Virus record (IMG/VR): IMGVR_UViG_3300032163_000009
Span: 1-64,000 of that record
From: a virus
Length of the DNA stretch: 64,000 nt
Reading direction: 5' to 3' (one strand)
A program made the position numbers and the translations under genes. The notes below the pieces were generated by a model. That model saw only the letters and a list, made by a program, of their open reading frames with translations, did not search any database and was not told the DNA's origin. Within the stretch, counting starts at the first letter, position 1, and every line of letters begins with the position of its first letter. Shown piece after piece: positions 1 to 8,234 of this stretch.

Positions 1-1
1 A

Positions 2-97
2 GCCTTCACGCTTTTAGCCGGAACGCCAGTTGAAAACAGTATTCGCTTTTGTCCATTTTGCGGCGATGAAGTTTTGCAGACAGTGAGCGCAATCTAA
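2..97 (+). CDS. 3' end of small Zn-ribbon-like protein carried on attC cassette 1 (truncated by window edge)
   Basis: Frame 2 reads AFTLLAGTPVENSIRFCPFCGDEVLQTVSAI*. The stop TAA lies inside ATCTAAC, as is usual for cassettes. Similar to the 5329..5514 protein. Confidence 0.7.
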   Translation, partial: AFTLLAGTPVENSIRFCPFCGDEVLQTVSAI

Positions 98-185
98 CAC
101 CGGCTTGCACGCCGACTGTCTATCGTAGCGTCGATTATCGTAGTGGCTCGGCCATCGCCAGCGGGTGAAGCCGAGACCGTTCGAC
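92..185 (+). mobile_element. integron attC-like recombination site (cassette 1)
   Basis: Inverse core ATCTAAC 92-98; arms CGGCTT-G-CAC-G-CCG-A-CTG / CAG-CGG-GTG-AAGCCG with extrahelical bases; G|TTCGAC at 179-185. Confidence 0.8.
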
Positions 186-884
186 CCGAATACCTACGGT
201 GGGTTGGTGCAATTCATCCGCGACGATGAATTGATGCTGCCCCTGAATCGGCCAGGCTACAAGGCGTGGAAAGAAGAGATCAACGCCAAGATCGATCGCG
301 GCTCGCGGGTGGTGATCTGTCCGTCGTATGTTCGATATGACAGCAAGATCGAAGAGCAGACGGTCGTGTATCACCGCGAGCATTGTTACCCGCCGCGCCC
401 GCGCAATGGCGTCTACACGGTGCAGCGCGTGTTGGAGAAGTCCGATTATCATTCGCGCCGCTTTGTGATCTATCACAATCCACAAGACGAAGTTTACGGC
501 AATTGGTATCAGGACTCGCATACTCGCAAGCGCTCGATCGGCTATTACGTCTACGAACGCGACTGGTGGGTGTTGAACTACGATCGCATTTCGATCGACG
601 ATCTGGACTATTACATCGGATCACGCTTTGAGCGTGACGAATATCTCGACATTCTGCCACTGCTCTATACGCTGCGGCAGCATCGCTTGCAAGAAATCGA
701 ATGGGAAAAGAACTTCGTAAAATTGATCGGCAGCCGTCTGGCTTGCGACGAGGCGATCGTCTGGAAGGCGGTCAACTGGTGGAAGTTCAAAACATTAGTC
801 AAGCGGCCAGTGACTTCCGATGAGCCGAAGGCGCTGCGCATGATCGAACAGAAAATCAAACAGATCCAAAAGAGAGGTGAATAA
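165..884 (+). CDS. hypothetical phage protein, probably the C-terminal part of a gene split by cassette 1
   Basis: The GTG start lies inside attC with no RBS. Coding-like sequence begins at the crossover (FDPNTYGGLVQFIRDDELMLP). Confidence 0.6.
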   Translation: MKPRPFDPNTYGGLVQFIRDDELMLPLNRPGYKAWKEEINAKIDRGSRVVICPSYVRYDSKIEEQTVVYHREHCYPPRPRNGVYTVQRVLEKSDYHSRRFVIYHNPQDEVYGNWYQDSHTRKRSIGYYVYERDWWVLNYDRISIDDLDYYIGSRFERDEYLDILPLLYTLRQHRLQEIEWEKNFVKLIGSRLACDEAIVWKAVNWWKFKTLVKRPVTSDEPKALRMIEQKIKQIQKRGE

Positions 885-886
885 GA

Positions 887-1210
887 ATGTTGAGCAATGA
901 CTTGATGATGTTAGGCTTTACCGGCTTGATGCTGCTGGCCGCGTTCATGGGCATCTTGTTCGGCTGGTTTACGGCGGGTCGGTTTCATCGTTGGCGTGGC
1001 CGCAAAGTTTTGAACGAAGGTTCGGCTGATGATTTGAAGGAGCGCATTGAAATGCGGCGGGCGCTGCTCGGGCTGATTTATGAAAGAGCACACCCCGATC
1101 GAATACCGGCGAACAGTTTAATTCCACACTTGCACGACAGCACGCTGCGCCAATCGCTGCGGGCGATTCTCGATGAAGTGTGGCAAGACGAAATTCAATC
1201 GGAGGATTGA
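887..1210 (+). CDS. hypothetical protein with N-terminal TM helix
   Basis: GAGG RBS, hydrophobic N-terminus, operon spacing. Confidence 0.7.
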   Translation: MLSNDLMMLGFTGLMLLAAFMGILFGWFTAGRFHRWRGRKVLNEGSADDLKERIEMRRALLGLIYERAHPDRIPANSLIPHLHDSTLRQSLRAILDEVWQDEIQSED

Positions 1211-1212
1211 AC

Positions 1213-1737
1213 ATGATGCAAAGACCCCTATGCTTAAAATGCAATGTGGAAATGAAGCCAAAGAAAAACGGCGTGATGGTGGCGGAAACGGCCGGAGATT
1301 CATTGGCTGGCACGCTTCACTTCTATTGTTTGACGGCTGCCGACTTGCTGGAATGTCCGGTGTGCGGTTATGAGATCGTCGCCAATTATGCATCTCGACC
1401 GGCCTATCACGACGTCGGCGATCGAGCGCTGGAAGGCGTTGTCCGAAATTTACTCGATCACGATGTTCCGATCTATCTGTGCCATGAAATCAAAACGGCC
1501 CGCTTGATCGGGCTTGACTGGCCGGACTCGTTGCTGCCGTTGAAGGTGTGCAACAGATCGTATGACTGTCGCGCAGAAAAAGAAGGGCCGACAAATGCGC
1601 ACGGTTCACTGGACGAGACGCTGACACATCATCGCTATCACTGCCCGCGCTGCGACGTGCATCTCACCTCGTTGTTGTTGTGCTCCGGCTGCGGCACGCG
1701 CTATCGAATCGCTAAGCCGGTCGAGGAGCAAAGATGA
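1213..1737 (+). CDS. multi-CxxC zinc-finger hypothetical protein
   Basis: GGAGG RBS; CLKC, CPVC, CPRC and CSGC motifs. Confidence 0.7.
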   Translation: MMQRPLCLKCNVEMKPKKNGVMVAETAGDSLAGTLHFYCLTAADLLECPVCGYEIVANYASRPAYHDVGDRALEGVVRNLLDHDVPIYLCHEIKTARLIGLDWPDSLLPLKVCNRSYDCRAEKEGPTNAHGSLDETLTHHRYHCPRCDVHLTSLLLCSGCGTRYRIAKPVEEQR

Positions 1738-2123
1738 GCGGCGATCGACCGTATGCCCCGCTAAAAGTGCGTGACGCAATTGAGCAACGCGACAGCAAGA
1801 GGCCGTATCAGCCGATCGATCGAGACACCCAACAAAAAGTAGTGACGGCCTTTCATGTGCCGCTGCCGGGCAATCGCGGACCGAAAGGCTATTGCACCGA
1901 TAAGCAGCGCTATGATATTACGGCTTTCTTATGCGGTGGCAATGGGAGCAGCAAAAACATAAGTGAGGCGCAAGGTGTGGCGTTGATTGAGTGGTTAGCC
2001 AAGCCGGAGTTGGCCGCGCTGGAAATGTTAGCCATTCTCGACTTTGTGCAGACTGTCGCCAGTGCAGGCGCGTGGCCGACTGAGCCGCCGTTGCCGTTGG
2101 GAGCAGACGATGATCTATCTTAA
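1734..2123 (+). CDS. hypothetical protein
   Basis: ATGA overlap, GAGGAG RBS. Confidence 0.7.
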   Translation: MSGDRPYAPLKVRDAIEQRDSKRPYQPIDRDTQQKVVTAFHVPLPGNRGPKGYCTDKQRYDITAFLCGGNGSSKNISEAQGVALIEWLAKPELAALEMLAILDFVQTVASAGAWPTEPPLPLGADDDLS

Positions 2124-2277
2124 ATGCACTTGCCCGTTTTTAATCAGCAACGGGGTTGATGATCCACACCTGCCCGATTGTCCGCAGAGCCGCAACTATC
2201 AAGCCGCAACTCAAGCGTCAGTCGAGCAACCAACGCAATTACCTTTGTTGCAAGGAGCAGATGATGAGCAAGTCTAA
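2110..2277 (+). CDS. small hypothetical protein (CxC...HxxxC)
   Basis: GGAG RBS; fills the operon gap. Confidence 0.55.
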   Translation: MIYLKCTCPFLISNGVDDPHLPDCPQSRNYQAATQASVEQPTQLPLLQGADDEQV

Positions 2278-3202
2278 AAACAAGCCGATGCCGATTGAAC
2301 CGAAGGCTGCCGCTAAAGAGATCATCAACATCTTGGGAAGAATTTTGTCCAGCGGCCATCGCCCTAGCGAAATCTTTGACGACTGGATTGAGCAAGTGCA
2401 AGCCAGTCTCAAGCGGCTGCCGCATTTGGCTCAAGCGTCAGCGGAAGGCAAGTCGCTGCCACCTGACCCGCCCGATATACAAAAGATGTTCGAGCGAATG
2501 CACAGTAAATATACGCCAGTGTGTCACGAGACGTTTAGCAAGGCGCTGGCTCAATTAGTCATTGCAGCGGAGGCCAGTTGGGAAGACATCTTAGGCGATG
2601 TCTATATGCAGTGGGGCGCACCGTCGAACGGCCTCGGTCAATTCTTTACGCCGTGGTCAGTGGCCTCGATGATGGCGCACATGACGATGGGCGACATCGA
2701 GCAGCAAATCCATGAGCGCATCAAAGCCGCTGCAACGAAAACGATCGTCGGCCAAGCCTTACTGATGAGCAGTTTGATCATCGATACACCCGCAGACGCG
2801 CAGGAATTTTTCTTCACGCGCTTGCTGCCGGCCGTGCTTCAAGACGTGGAGCCGATTACGATCTGCGATCCAACGGTGGGCAGTGGGGTGATGTTGTTAG
2901 CCGCGGCGGAATGTGTGCCAACCTGGGCGCTGCAATTGGGCTTGGTGCAATTCTTTGGCATGGACATTGATCAGACGTGTGTCACGATGGCGAAGATCAA
3001 CGTCATGCTTCACGGCTTGAACGGCTACGGGCTGGAATGCGCCGATGCACTGACGAACCCGTTGCTGCTGGCAATGCCGATCGCTGAGGAAGTTTACGCG
3101 CCGCTGAAAGATGCGCCGGTGGAAGTGAAGCAAGAAGTTTCGCGCCAATTGCGAACCGGCCAATACCAAATGAATTTGTTCGAGACGGAGGCAAAGACCT
3201 AA
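2261..3202 (+). CDS. N-6 DNA methylase-family (HsdM-like) protein
   Basis: DILGDVYM, GQFFTP, DPTVGSGVML and GMDID motifs; no NPPY seen; C-terminal QMNLF. Confidence 0.8.
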   Translation: MMSKSKNKPMPIEPKAAAKEIINILGRILSSGHRPSEIFDDWIEQVQASLKRLPHLAQASAEGKSLPPDPPDIQKMFERMHSKYTPVCHETFSKALAQLVIAAEASWEDILGDVYMQWGAPSNGLGQFFTPWSVASMMAHMTMGDIEQQIHERIKAAATKTIVGQALLMSSLIIDTPADAQEFFFTRLLPAVLQDVEPITICDPTVGSGVMLLAAAECVPTWALQLGLVQFFGMDIDQTCVTMAKINVMLHGLNGYGLECADALTNPLLLAMPIAEEVYAPLKDAPVEVKQEVSRQLRTGQYQMNLFETEAKT

Positions 3203-3909
3203 TGGCAAGTAGTCAAATCGTCCGATATAATCGGCATGAATTTGATCTGCGCGAAACCGATCAAGTCAAGGCCCTGACCAACTCGTTGCGCACGTCGTTG
3301 AAATTTCCTGAGAAATTGGATCAGTTTATCGAATCCTCAGCGGCGGAGCGCGACCGCATGAAGTGGCAAATGGCGCGAGCGCTGGTCAAATATCTCGACG
3401 CCTTCCCGAAGAACCTGCGCTCGATCGTGCGACCATTGATCGTGGAGCACTACGCGCCGATCATGCGCAACGAAGAAACAACGGTGCGCGAAATGCTCCA
3501 CACCGCCGAGGTCATCCCGATCGGGCTGGAGCAAGACGATCGCTTGTCGATGTTAGGCTTCTCGCACTGGACACGGTTGGCCCGCGTCGGGGATGTCAAA
3601 CTTATCAAGCAGATGCTCGATCAAATTGTTCGAGAAGCCAGCGAAGCCACGCGCATTACATGCGAGTATATCGATCGCCTAAACATCTCGAACAAATTGC
3701 AAAGTGAAGGCTTCGGCAAGCCGGAGATCAACGCGCTGCTGCCGACGCTGGCACCGGCGCAGCCGTCCCACAGTCGTATTCAAGGTCAGGTCGAAGTTTA
3801 TCAAAACGGTCAAGGGCCGCGCAAAGTGATTTGGTTGCCGGTCGATGATCTACAATTTGCCGAAGGCGATCAAGTGATCGTCATTCGGCGCAAAGTGAGC
3901 GAGGAATAA
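3202..3909 (+). CDS. hypothetical protein
   Basis: TAATG overlap, 235 aa. Confidence 0.75.
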   Translation: MASSQIVRYNRHEFDLRETDQVKALTNSLRTSLKFPEKLDQFIESSAAERDRMKWQMARALVKYLDAFPKNLRSIVRPLIVEHYAPIMRNEETTVREMLHTAEVIPIGLEQDDRLSMLGFSHWTRLARVGDVKLIKQMLDQIVREASEATRITCEYIDRLNISNKLQSEGFGKPEINALLPTLAPAQPSHSRIQGQVEVYQNGQGPRKVIWLPVDDLQFAEGDQVIVIRRKVSEE

Positions 3910-3910
3910 C

Positions 3911-4171
3911 ATGGCAGAAAATAAATTGCCTTTGCAGGTGTGGTTTGACGATCACGATTGGGTCGTGGCGGAGACTGCGGCCGATGCTACCGACATCATG
4001 CACGAAGTCTACGGCAATGACAGTTCGGCGCAGCCGGAAGATTTCAGTCAGTTAAGCAGCGACGAATCTATCTCGATCTTCGACGGCGAGACAGAAGAAA
4101 CAGTCAAGCACACGGCCGCTGAATGGATTGCAAGCAATGGGCGAGGCTTACTGGCCTCGGTCGATTTCTAG
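3911..4171 (+). CDS. small acidic hypothetical protein
   Basis: GAGGA RBS, operon position. Confidence 0.7.
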   Translation: MAENKLPLQVWFDDHDWVVAETAADATDIMHEVYGNDSSAQPEDFSQLSSDESISIFDGETEETVKHTAAEWIASNGRGLLASVDF

Positions 4172-4179
4172 GCGCAGAG

Positions 4180-4869
4180 ATGAATACAGACGATCCGCAG
4201 ATCAAAGAACTACAAGAACGCGCGGCGCAGCATCGAGCGCGAGCAGCCGCACTGCGCCAGCGACGCGAGCACCGCTTCGACAATGCGCCCGGCTCATTCG
4301 TGACTGGTAGCAGCGGCCGCCGTCGATCGGGACTTGCCAAGCGCAGCGAACGCGCAATGGCCGGCGCACTGAACGACAGTCGCAAGGCGAGCTGGCACGA
4401 TGATCGAGCAGCGCATTTGGAATATCGAGTCAAGTGGCTGCTCGGCGAAGAACAACGATCAATCGATCGGCTTAAAGCGCAAGCCGATCAAAAAGCAAGC
4501 CGAGCAGCGGCTACCCGGCAACGGCGAGCGATGACTGCGCAAGAAAAATTGTTTGCCTATCACTGCGCCACAGGCTGGGCCTATGCTGATAAGAGCCGCT
4601 GGCAAGACAATGATTACACTTTGATCGCCATTCTCTTTGCCAGCGATTTGACGGTGAGTATTCACAATCCGTGCGCGCCTGACCTCATGGCTTTGATCGA
4701 GGCGGACATAGCGAAAATAAAAGCGCGAGTCGGTGAGAAGGTTGGGTATAACGGTGGCAGCACCTATTTTAGAATCGGTTACAAGTTGCCTGAATCAAAG
4801 GCACTGGACGAAGAAGAAGACCAACAATCTCGAAAGGCTGTGGAGGCATTGTATGCACAGATGGCTTGA
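4180..4869 (+). CDS. hypothetical protein
   Basis: Long ORF within the operon. Confidence 0.65.
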   Translation: MNTDDPQIKELQERAAQHRARAAALRQRREHRFDNAPGSFVTGSSGRRRSGLAKRSERAMAGALNDSRKASWHDDRAAHLEYRVKWLLGEEQRSIDRLKAQADQKASRAAATRQRRAMTAQEKLFAYHCATGWAYADKSRWQDNDYTLIAILFASDLTVSIHNPCAPDLMALIEADIAKIKARVGEKVGYNGGSTYFRIGYKLPESKALDEEEDQQSRKAVEALYAQMA

Positions 4870-5065
4870 CTGGTATGTAGCCCTGTCGGCTTTGTTCGGA
4901 GGCGGAGCAGCGGCTTTCTTTATGCTCGGCGCAATTAGCGCAGCGACTTATCCAGTCGATGCCCTATTCTGCATCTTGGCCGCGCTGGTGCTATTGCTGC
5001 TCGTTGCGATCGGCGGCATTGGGCTGATCTTGATGAGAGTGGCGGGCTTGAACAATGATCGTTAA
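4853..5065 (+). CDS. small membrane protein (2 TM)
   Basis: GGAGG RBS, two hydrophobic stretches. Confidence 0.6.
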   Translation: MHRWLDWYVALSALFGGGAAAFFMLGAISAATYPVDALFCILAALVLLLLVAIGGIGLILMRVAGLNNDR

Positions 5066-5309
5066 CCCTAGCCCGCCGTTTGCGGTTGAGCATGTGCTGC
5101 CGATCATGCGCGATGAAAAGACGCAGACGCGGCGCGTAGTTTGGCCTCAATCGAGTTACGCGTCAGCCGATTGGAAACCGAAGCACGGCCCAGTTGGCAC
5201 GCGCTGGTATCTGCGCGAAGCATTGGCGCGACACGACGGCGAGTCCGGTCGATGGATTTTGTACGCGGCCGATCACGCCTTCGCTAAAAACGACGCAGGT
5301 CAAGCGTTG

Positions 5310-5547
5310 TTAGGCGTTTGGGGGTCAAATGGAAAACACTTGTGAATGGGGTTATTTGGAAGATGACGATGTTTGGGAAACATCCTGCGATGAGATGCAC
5401 TATCTCAATAGTGGTGATCCCGAAACAAATCGGTATAAGTTCTGTCCGTATTGTGGGCAACGCCTAACAATGCGTGCAGTGGACGCTGCGCCGATTGAGG
5501 CGGATGAAGAATAAAGTTATGGCGGCTTGCGCCACTAACGCAAGCCG
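5310..5547 (+). mobile_element. integron-type gene cassette 2 (238 bp), attC at 5462-5547
   Basis: Starts TTAGGC (G|TTAGGC 5309-5315). Matching inverse core GCCTAAC 5462-5468. Arms GCGT-G-CAGTGG-A-CGC / GCG-CCACTA-ACGC. Ends AAGCCG. Confidence 0.85.
5329..5514 (+). CDS. cassette-borne small Zn-ribbon-like protein
   Basis: C..W, WETSC, GDPETNRYKFCPYCG; the C-terminus reads into attC. Confidence 0.75.
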   Translation: MENTCEWGYLEDDDVWETSCDEMHYLNSGDPETNRYKFCPYCGQRLTMRAVDAAPIEADEE

Positions 5548-6017
5548 AAATGGCGTTGGAAGAAAAGTAAACTGGCGTCGCTGTATATGCCAGCCAACTG
5601 CGCTCGAACGCGCCTGCTCGTCGTCGGGGTTCGAGTCGAACGCTTGCACGACCTCAGCGCAACGGATTGCCGCGCTGAGGGCTATAGCGCTCGAACCGAT
5701 TACTTTTCGGAATGGGACAAGATGAACGCCGATCGCGGCCACGCGGCTGAAACAAATCCAGTGGTATGTGCTTATACGTTTCTGCGAGAGCGGCCAACTT
5801 TTGTTGAGCGCTGGCGGACAGAATCAGAAGCACTAGGCATTCCGCTTTATAATCGCGCGACGATCGCCCAAATGAAAAGCGGCAAGGCGCGAGTGTTTCG
5901 GCCTGGTCATATCAACCCTGATAATTTCTTGCCGGAACCGCAAGAGTTCGACACCTACTATGCGGCCTTCGATTACTTGCAAGCCTATCTGCTGGCCGTT
6001 AAGGAGAAGATGCAGCG

Positions 6018-6485
6018 ATGAAAGTTCTATCTATTCAGCAGCCGTGGGCTTCTTTGATTATGGCCGGAGTGAAGCACGCCGAAACGCGATCGTGGTCAAC
6101 GCTGCATCGCGGGGAGTTAGGCATCCACAGCAGCGCCTCGATCGCAGGCTACATGCGCAACATTTACGAAGAAGATAGTTTGTTCTGCGCGTTGCTCAAA
6201 GATATTGGCGTGCTGAAATGGCCTGACATTTTCAAATTGCCGTTAGGCAAATTGCTTGGCACCGTCAACCTGATCAATTGCGTCTCCACGACCAGCGGCG
6301 ATCACTACTGGTCAACCGTTGAACGGGCGCTCGGAGATTTTTCGCGCGGGCGCTTCGCCTGGCTCTTTGACAAAGAGCGCACGGTGTACGCGCAACCGAT
6401 TCCGCTGCGCGGTTCACTGAGTCTGTGGACTTATAATCCGCCGACTAGCGCGACAAATGAGGTTGATCTAACGTGCCGAAATTGA
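6018..6485 (+). CDS. ASCH domain protein
   Basis: MKVLSIQQPWASLI..G.K..ETRSW.T.HRG.L.IH and PIPLRGSLSLW signature. Confidence 0.9.
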   Translation: MKVLSIQQPWASLIMAGVKHAETRSWSTLHRGELGIHSSASIAGYMRNIYEEDSLFCALLKDIGVLKWPDIFKLPLGKLLGTVNLINCVSTTSGDHYWSTVERALGDFSRGRFAWLFDKERTVYAQPIPLRGSLSLWTYNPPTSATNEVDLTCRN

Positions 6486-6958
6486 TCGCCGTTCCAATCA
6501 CACTCAGAGAAGCAAATAATTTTGTGTCTGAATACCACAGACACAATGGCCGTACAGCGCGTGACGGTGGAAAGTTTGCGATCGGCGCATCAACTGGAGC
6601 GGAATTAGTTGGAGTTGCAATAGTTGGTAACCCACTGTCTGCAACATATATGGACGGATTTACGGCAGAGGTTTTACGAGTTTGTGTTTCGCCCGCTTCA
6701 CCAAAGGGTACAAACTCGTTTTTATATTCTCGATGCTGGAAAGCATATCGAGCGATGGGCGGATTAAGATTGATCACTTATACACTCACTTCTGAAAGTG
6801 GCGCATCATTGCGCGGCGCTGGCTGGACTGTTCTGCATAAAACACAAGGACATGATGCTTGGGCGGCTAAATCTCGAATGGATGGCAAAGAGCGCCAATG
6901 GCAAAGTGTTTACGGCCAGCAAAAGATATGCTGGATTGTTGAAGAGGTGAAACCATGA
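6473..6958 (+). CDS. XF1762-family / Mom-like GNAT-fold protein
   Basis: PITLREAN.FV..HRH, VGVAIVG.P, EVLRVC, SFLY, ITYTL.SESGASLRGAGW. Confidence 0.8.
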   Translation: MPKLIAVPITLREANNFVSEYHRHNGRTARDGGKFAIGASTGAELVGVAIVGNPLSATYMDGFTAEVLRVCVSPASPKGTNSFLYSRCWKAYRAMGGLRLITYTLTSESGASLRGAGWTVLHKTQGHDAWAAKSRMDGKERQWQSVYGQQKICWIVEEVKP

Positions 6959-7074
6959 GACAAGAATCAGAGTTAGATAAATTCAAAGCCGCCCTTAAGA
7001 TCATTGTAAATGCTCCAAAGGAAAAGAAGCGCAAACCAAAGAAACCGAATAAGAAAAAGCGAGTAACGAAATGA
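6955..7074 (+). CDS. small basic ORF of the kind that follows IS1595-family transposases
   Basis: MRQESELDKFKAALKIIVNAPKEKKRKPKK; recalled resemblance only. Confidence 0.5.
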   Translation: MRQESELDKFKAALKIIVNAPKEKKRKPKKPNKKKRVTK

Positions 7075-7229
7075 AGTTCAGATTCTTTTTCGCGTGGTTC
7101 GATTTCTGGATCGGATTCTATTATGACGTTGGACATCGAACCCTGTATATAAATCCGTTACCGATGTGCGTATTTCGGTTTGAGTTCACGGGAAAAATTG
7201 ACGAATCGAAACACCGAACCGATCGCTAG
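7071..7229 (+). CDS. small hydrophobic phage protein
   Basis: MKFRFFFAWFDFWIGFYYD..RTLYINPLP; ATGA overlap. Confidence 0.6.
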   Translation: MKFRFFFAWFDFWIGFYYDVGHRTLYINPLPMCVFRFEFTGKIDESKHRTDR

Positions 7230-7232
7230 TGG

Positions 7233-7257
7233 TTTATGCGTCAAGTATATTATTGCC
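7233..7257 (-). mobile_element. solitary IS1595-family-like terminal inverted repeat
   Basis: Reverse complement is GGCAATAATATACTTGACGCATAAA; no partner end or transposase in the window. Confidence 0.5.
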
Positions 7258-7261
7258 CAAT

Positions 7262-7310
7262 AATTCGCAGACTTATCCCAGTTGTGATAAGTCTGCGAAT
7301 TTGGTATAAT
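7262..7310 (+). promoter_or_regulatory. 16-bp perfect inverted repeat followed by an extended -10 element
   Basis: AATTCGCAGACTTATC-N8-GATAAGTCTGCGAATT, then TGGTATAAT. Confidence 0.6.
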
Positions 7311-7443
7311 GCACAGCGGAGGCGCGCAAACTATGTTAGACGGTAACGATCGTCAAAGTGTTTTACCCGACTGGTAGCGCCGATCCCGCAAGGTGAATCG
7401 GCCTTTAGCAAAAACTGGTCGGTTCGCTATTATTCTTGAAATG

Positions 7444-7482
7444 AAAAGGCCGCGTTGATCATGATCAACGCGGCCTTTTTTG
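7444..7482. terminator. bidirectional intrinsic terminator where early and late units converge
   Basis: 36-bp perfect palindrome AAAAGGCCGCGTTGATCATGATCAACGCGGCCTTTT. Confidence 0.9.
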
Positions 7483-7489
7483 TTGTCTA

Positions 7490-7786
7490 TTACACTTCAA
7501 TCAACTTGCCGTCTGTTAAGAATCCGTGCCAACGATCGGGCTGGTCTTTCGCACCATGAACCAAGATCGACGGCGTGAGCGTCGGCACTTCTTTGTTGCC
7601 GTTCCACTGCCACACCGGATATTTTTTCGGCGCTAATTCTTTATCCAGATACAAGGCAGCCACCTCAAGCATTGCATCAGCGCCAAACCGGACAATAACC
7701 ATTAAGCCGTTTAGATCGGTGTTCATGAAACACCAATCGCCTTTTGCGCCATTGGTGTTTAGATCGCCCCAATCTTTTCTTAACAT
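7490..7786 (-). CDS. DUF6527-like protein
   Basis: WQWNGNKEVPTLTPSILV...WHGFLTDGKL motif; TGATG coupling to the upstream gene. Confidence 0.7.
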   Translation of the reverse strand: MLRKDWGDLNTNGAKGDWCFMNTDLNGLMVIVRFGADAMLEVAALYLDKELAPKKYPVWQWNGNKEVPTLTPSILVHGAKDQPDRWHGFLTDGKLIEV

Positions 7787-7938
7787 CAGCAACCCGCACT
7801 CGGTAGCAACGCTGCAATTATCAACAAACACACTGCCAGCAGGATCAACGTGATGCCGAAAATAATCAAGCGGCGACGGCGGCGATCGATCCCTTGATCA
7901 AAGAACGGCTGCAATTTCGGCGGCACGGGATCGGGCAT
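7786..7938 (-). CDS. 50-aa membrane peptide
   Basis: MPDPVPP...RRRRRLIIFGITLILLAVCLLIIAALLP; GGAGG RBS. Confidence 0.6.
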   Translation of the reverse strand: MPDPVPPKLQPFFDQGIDRRRRRLIIFGITLILLAVCLLIIAALLPSAGC

Positions 7939-7939
7939 G

Positions 7940-8221
7940 TCAATCCTCCGGCACAGGTGCATTGAAATCCAACTCGATCGAGCCGTTGACCGCTTTCAAC
8001 GTCATGCCGATCTCAGGATGTTCACGCAAATGCTTTTCGCGCTGCGGCCAGCGGGCCAACACATTCGCCGCTTGCTGCATATCTTTTATGAAATCGGGGT
8101 CGCGCAATTGCAAGGCGTCGCGCACGGTTTGACTCAACGGCACGACGAGCTGCGCATAGGGCTCAGGCTGTGAAGCAACGCGGGCGGAAATAAAACGCGG
8201 GTCTTCGATCGAGGCATTCAT
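7940..8221 (-). CDS. hypothetical protein
   Basis: AGGAG RBS. Confidence 0.65.
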   Translation of the reverse strand: MNASIEDPRFISARVASQPEPYAQLVVPLSQTVRDALQLRDPDFIKDMQQAANVLARWPQREKHLREHPEIGMTLKAVNGSIELDFNAPVPED

Positions 8222-8234
8222 TATTCGACTCCTG

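Larger units (their letters stand above)
5055..6021 (+). pseudogene. ASCH/PUA-like phage protein split by attC cassette 2 (5055-5309 + 5548-6021)
   Basis: N-half has KTQTRRVV and LREA; C-half has MP..CARTRL..VRVERLHDLS..DCRAEG..NPVV. Deleting 5310-5547 gives an in-frame ...AGQAL|KWRWKKSKLASLYMPANC. Confidence 0.8.
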
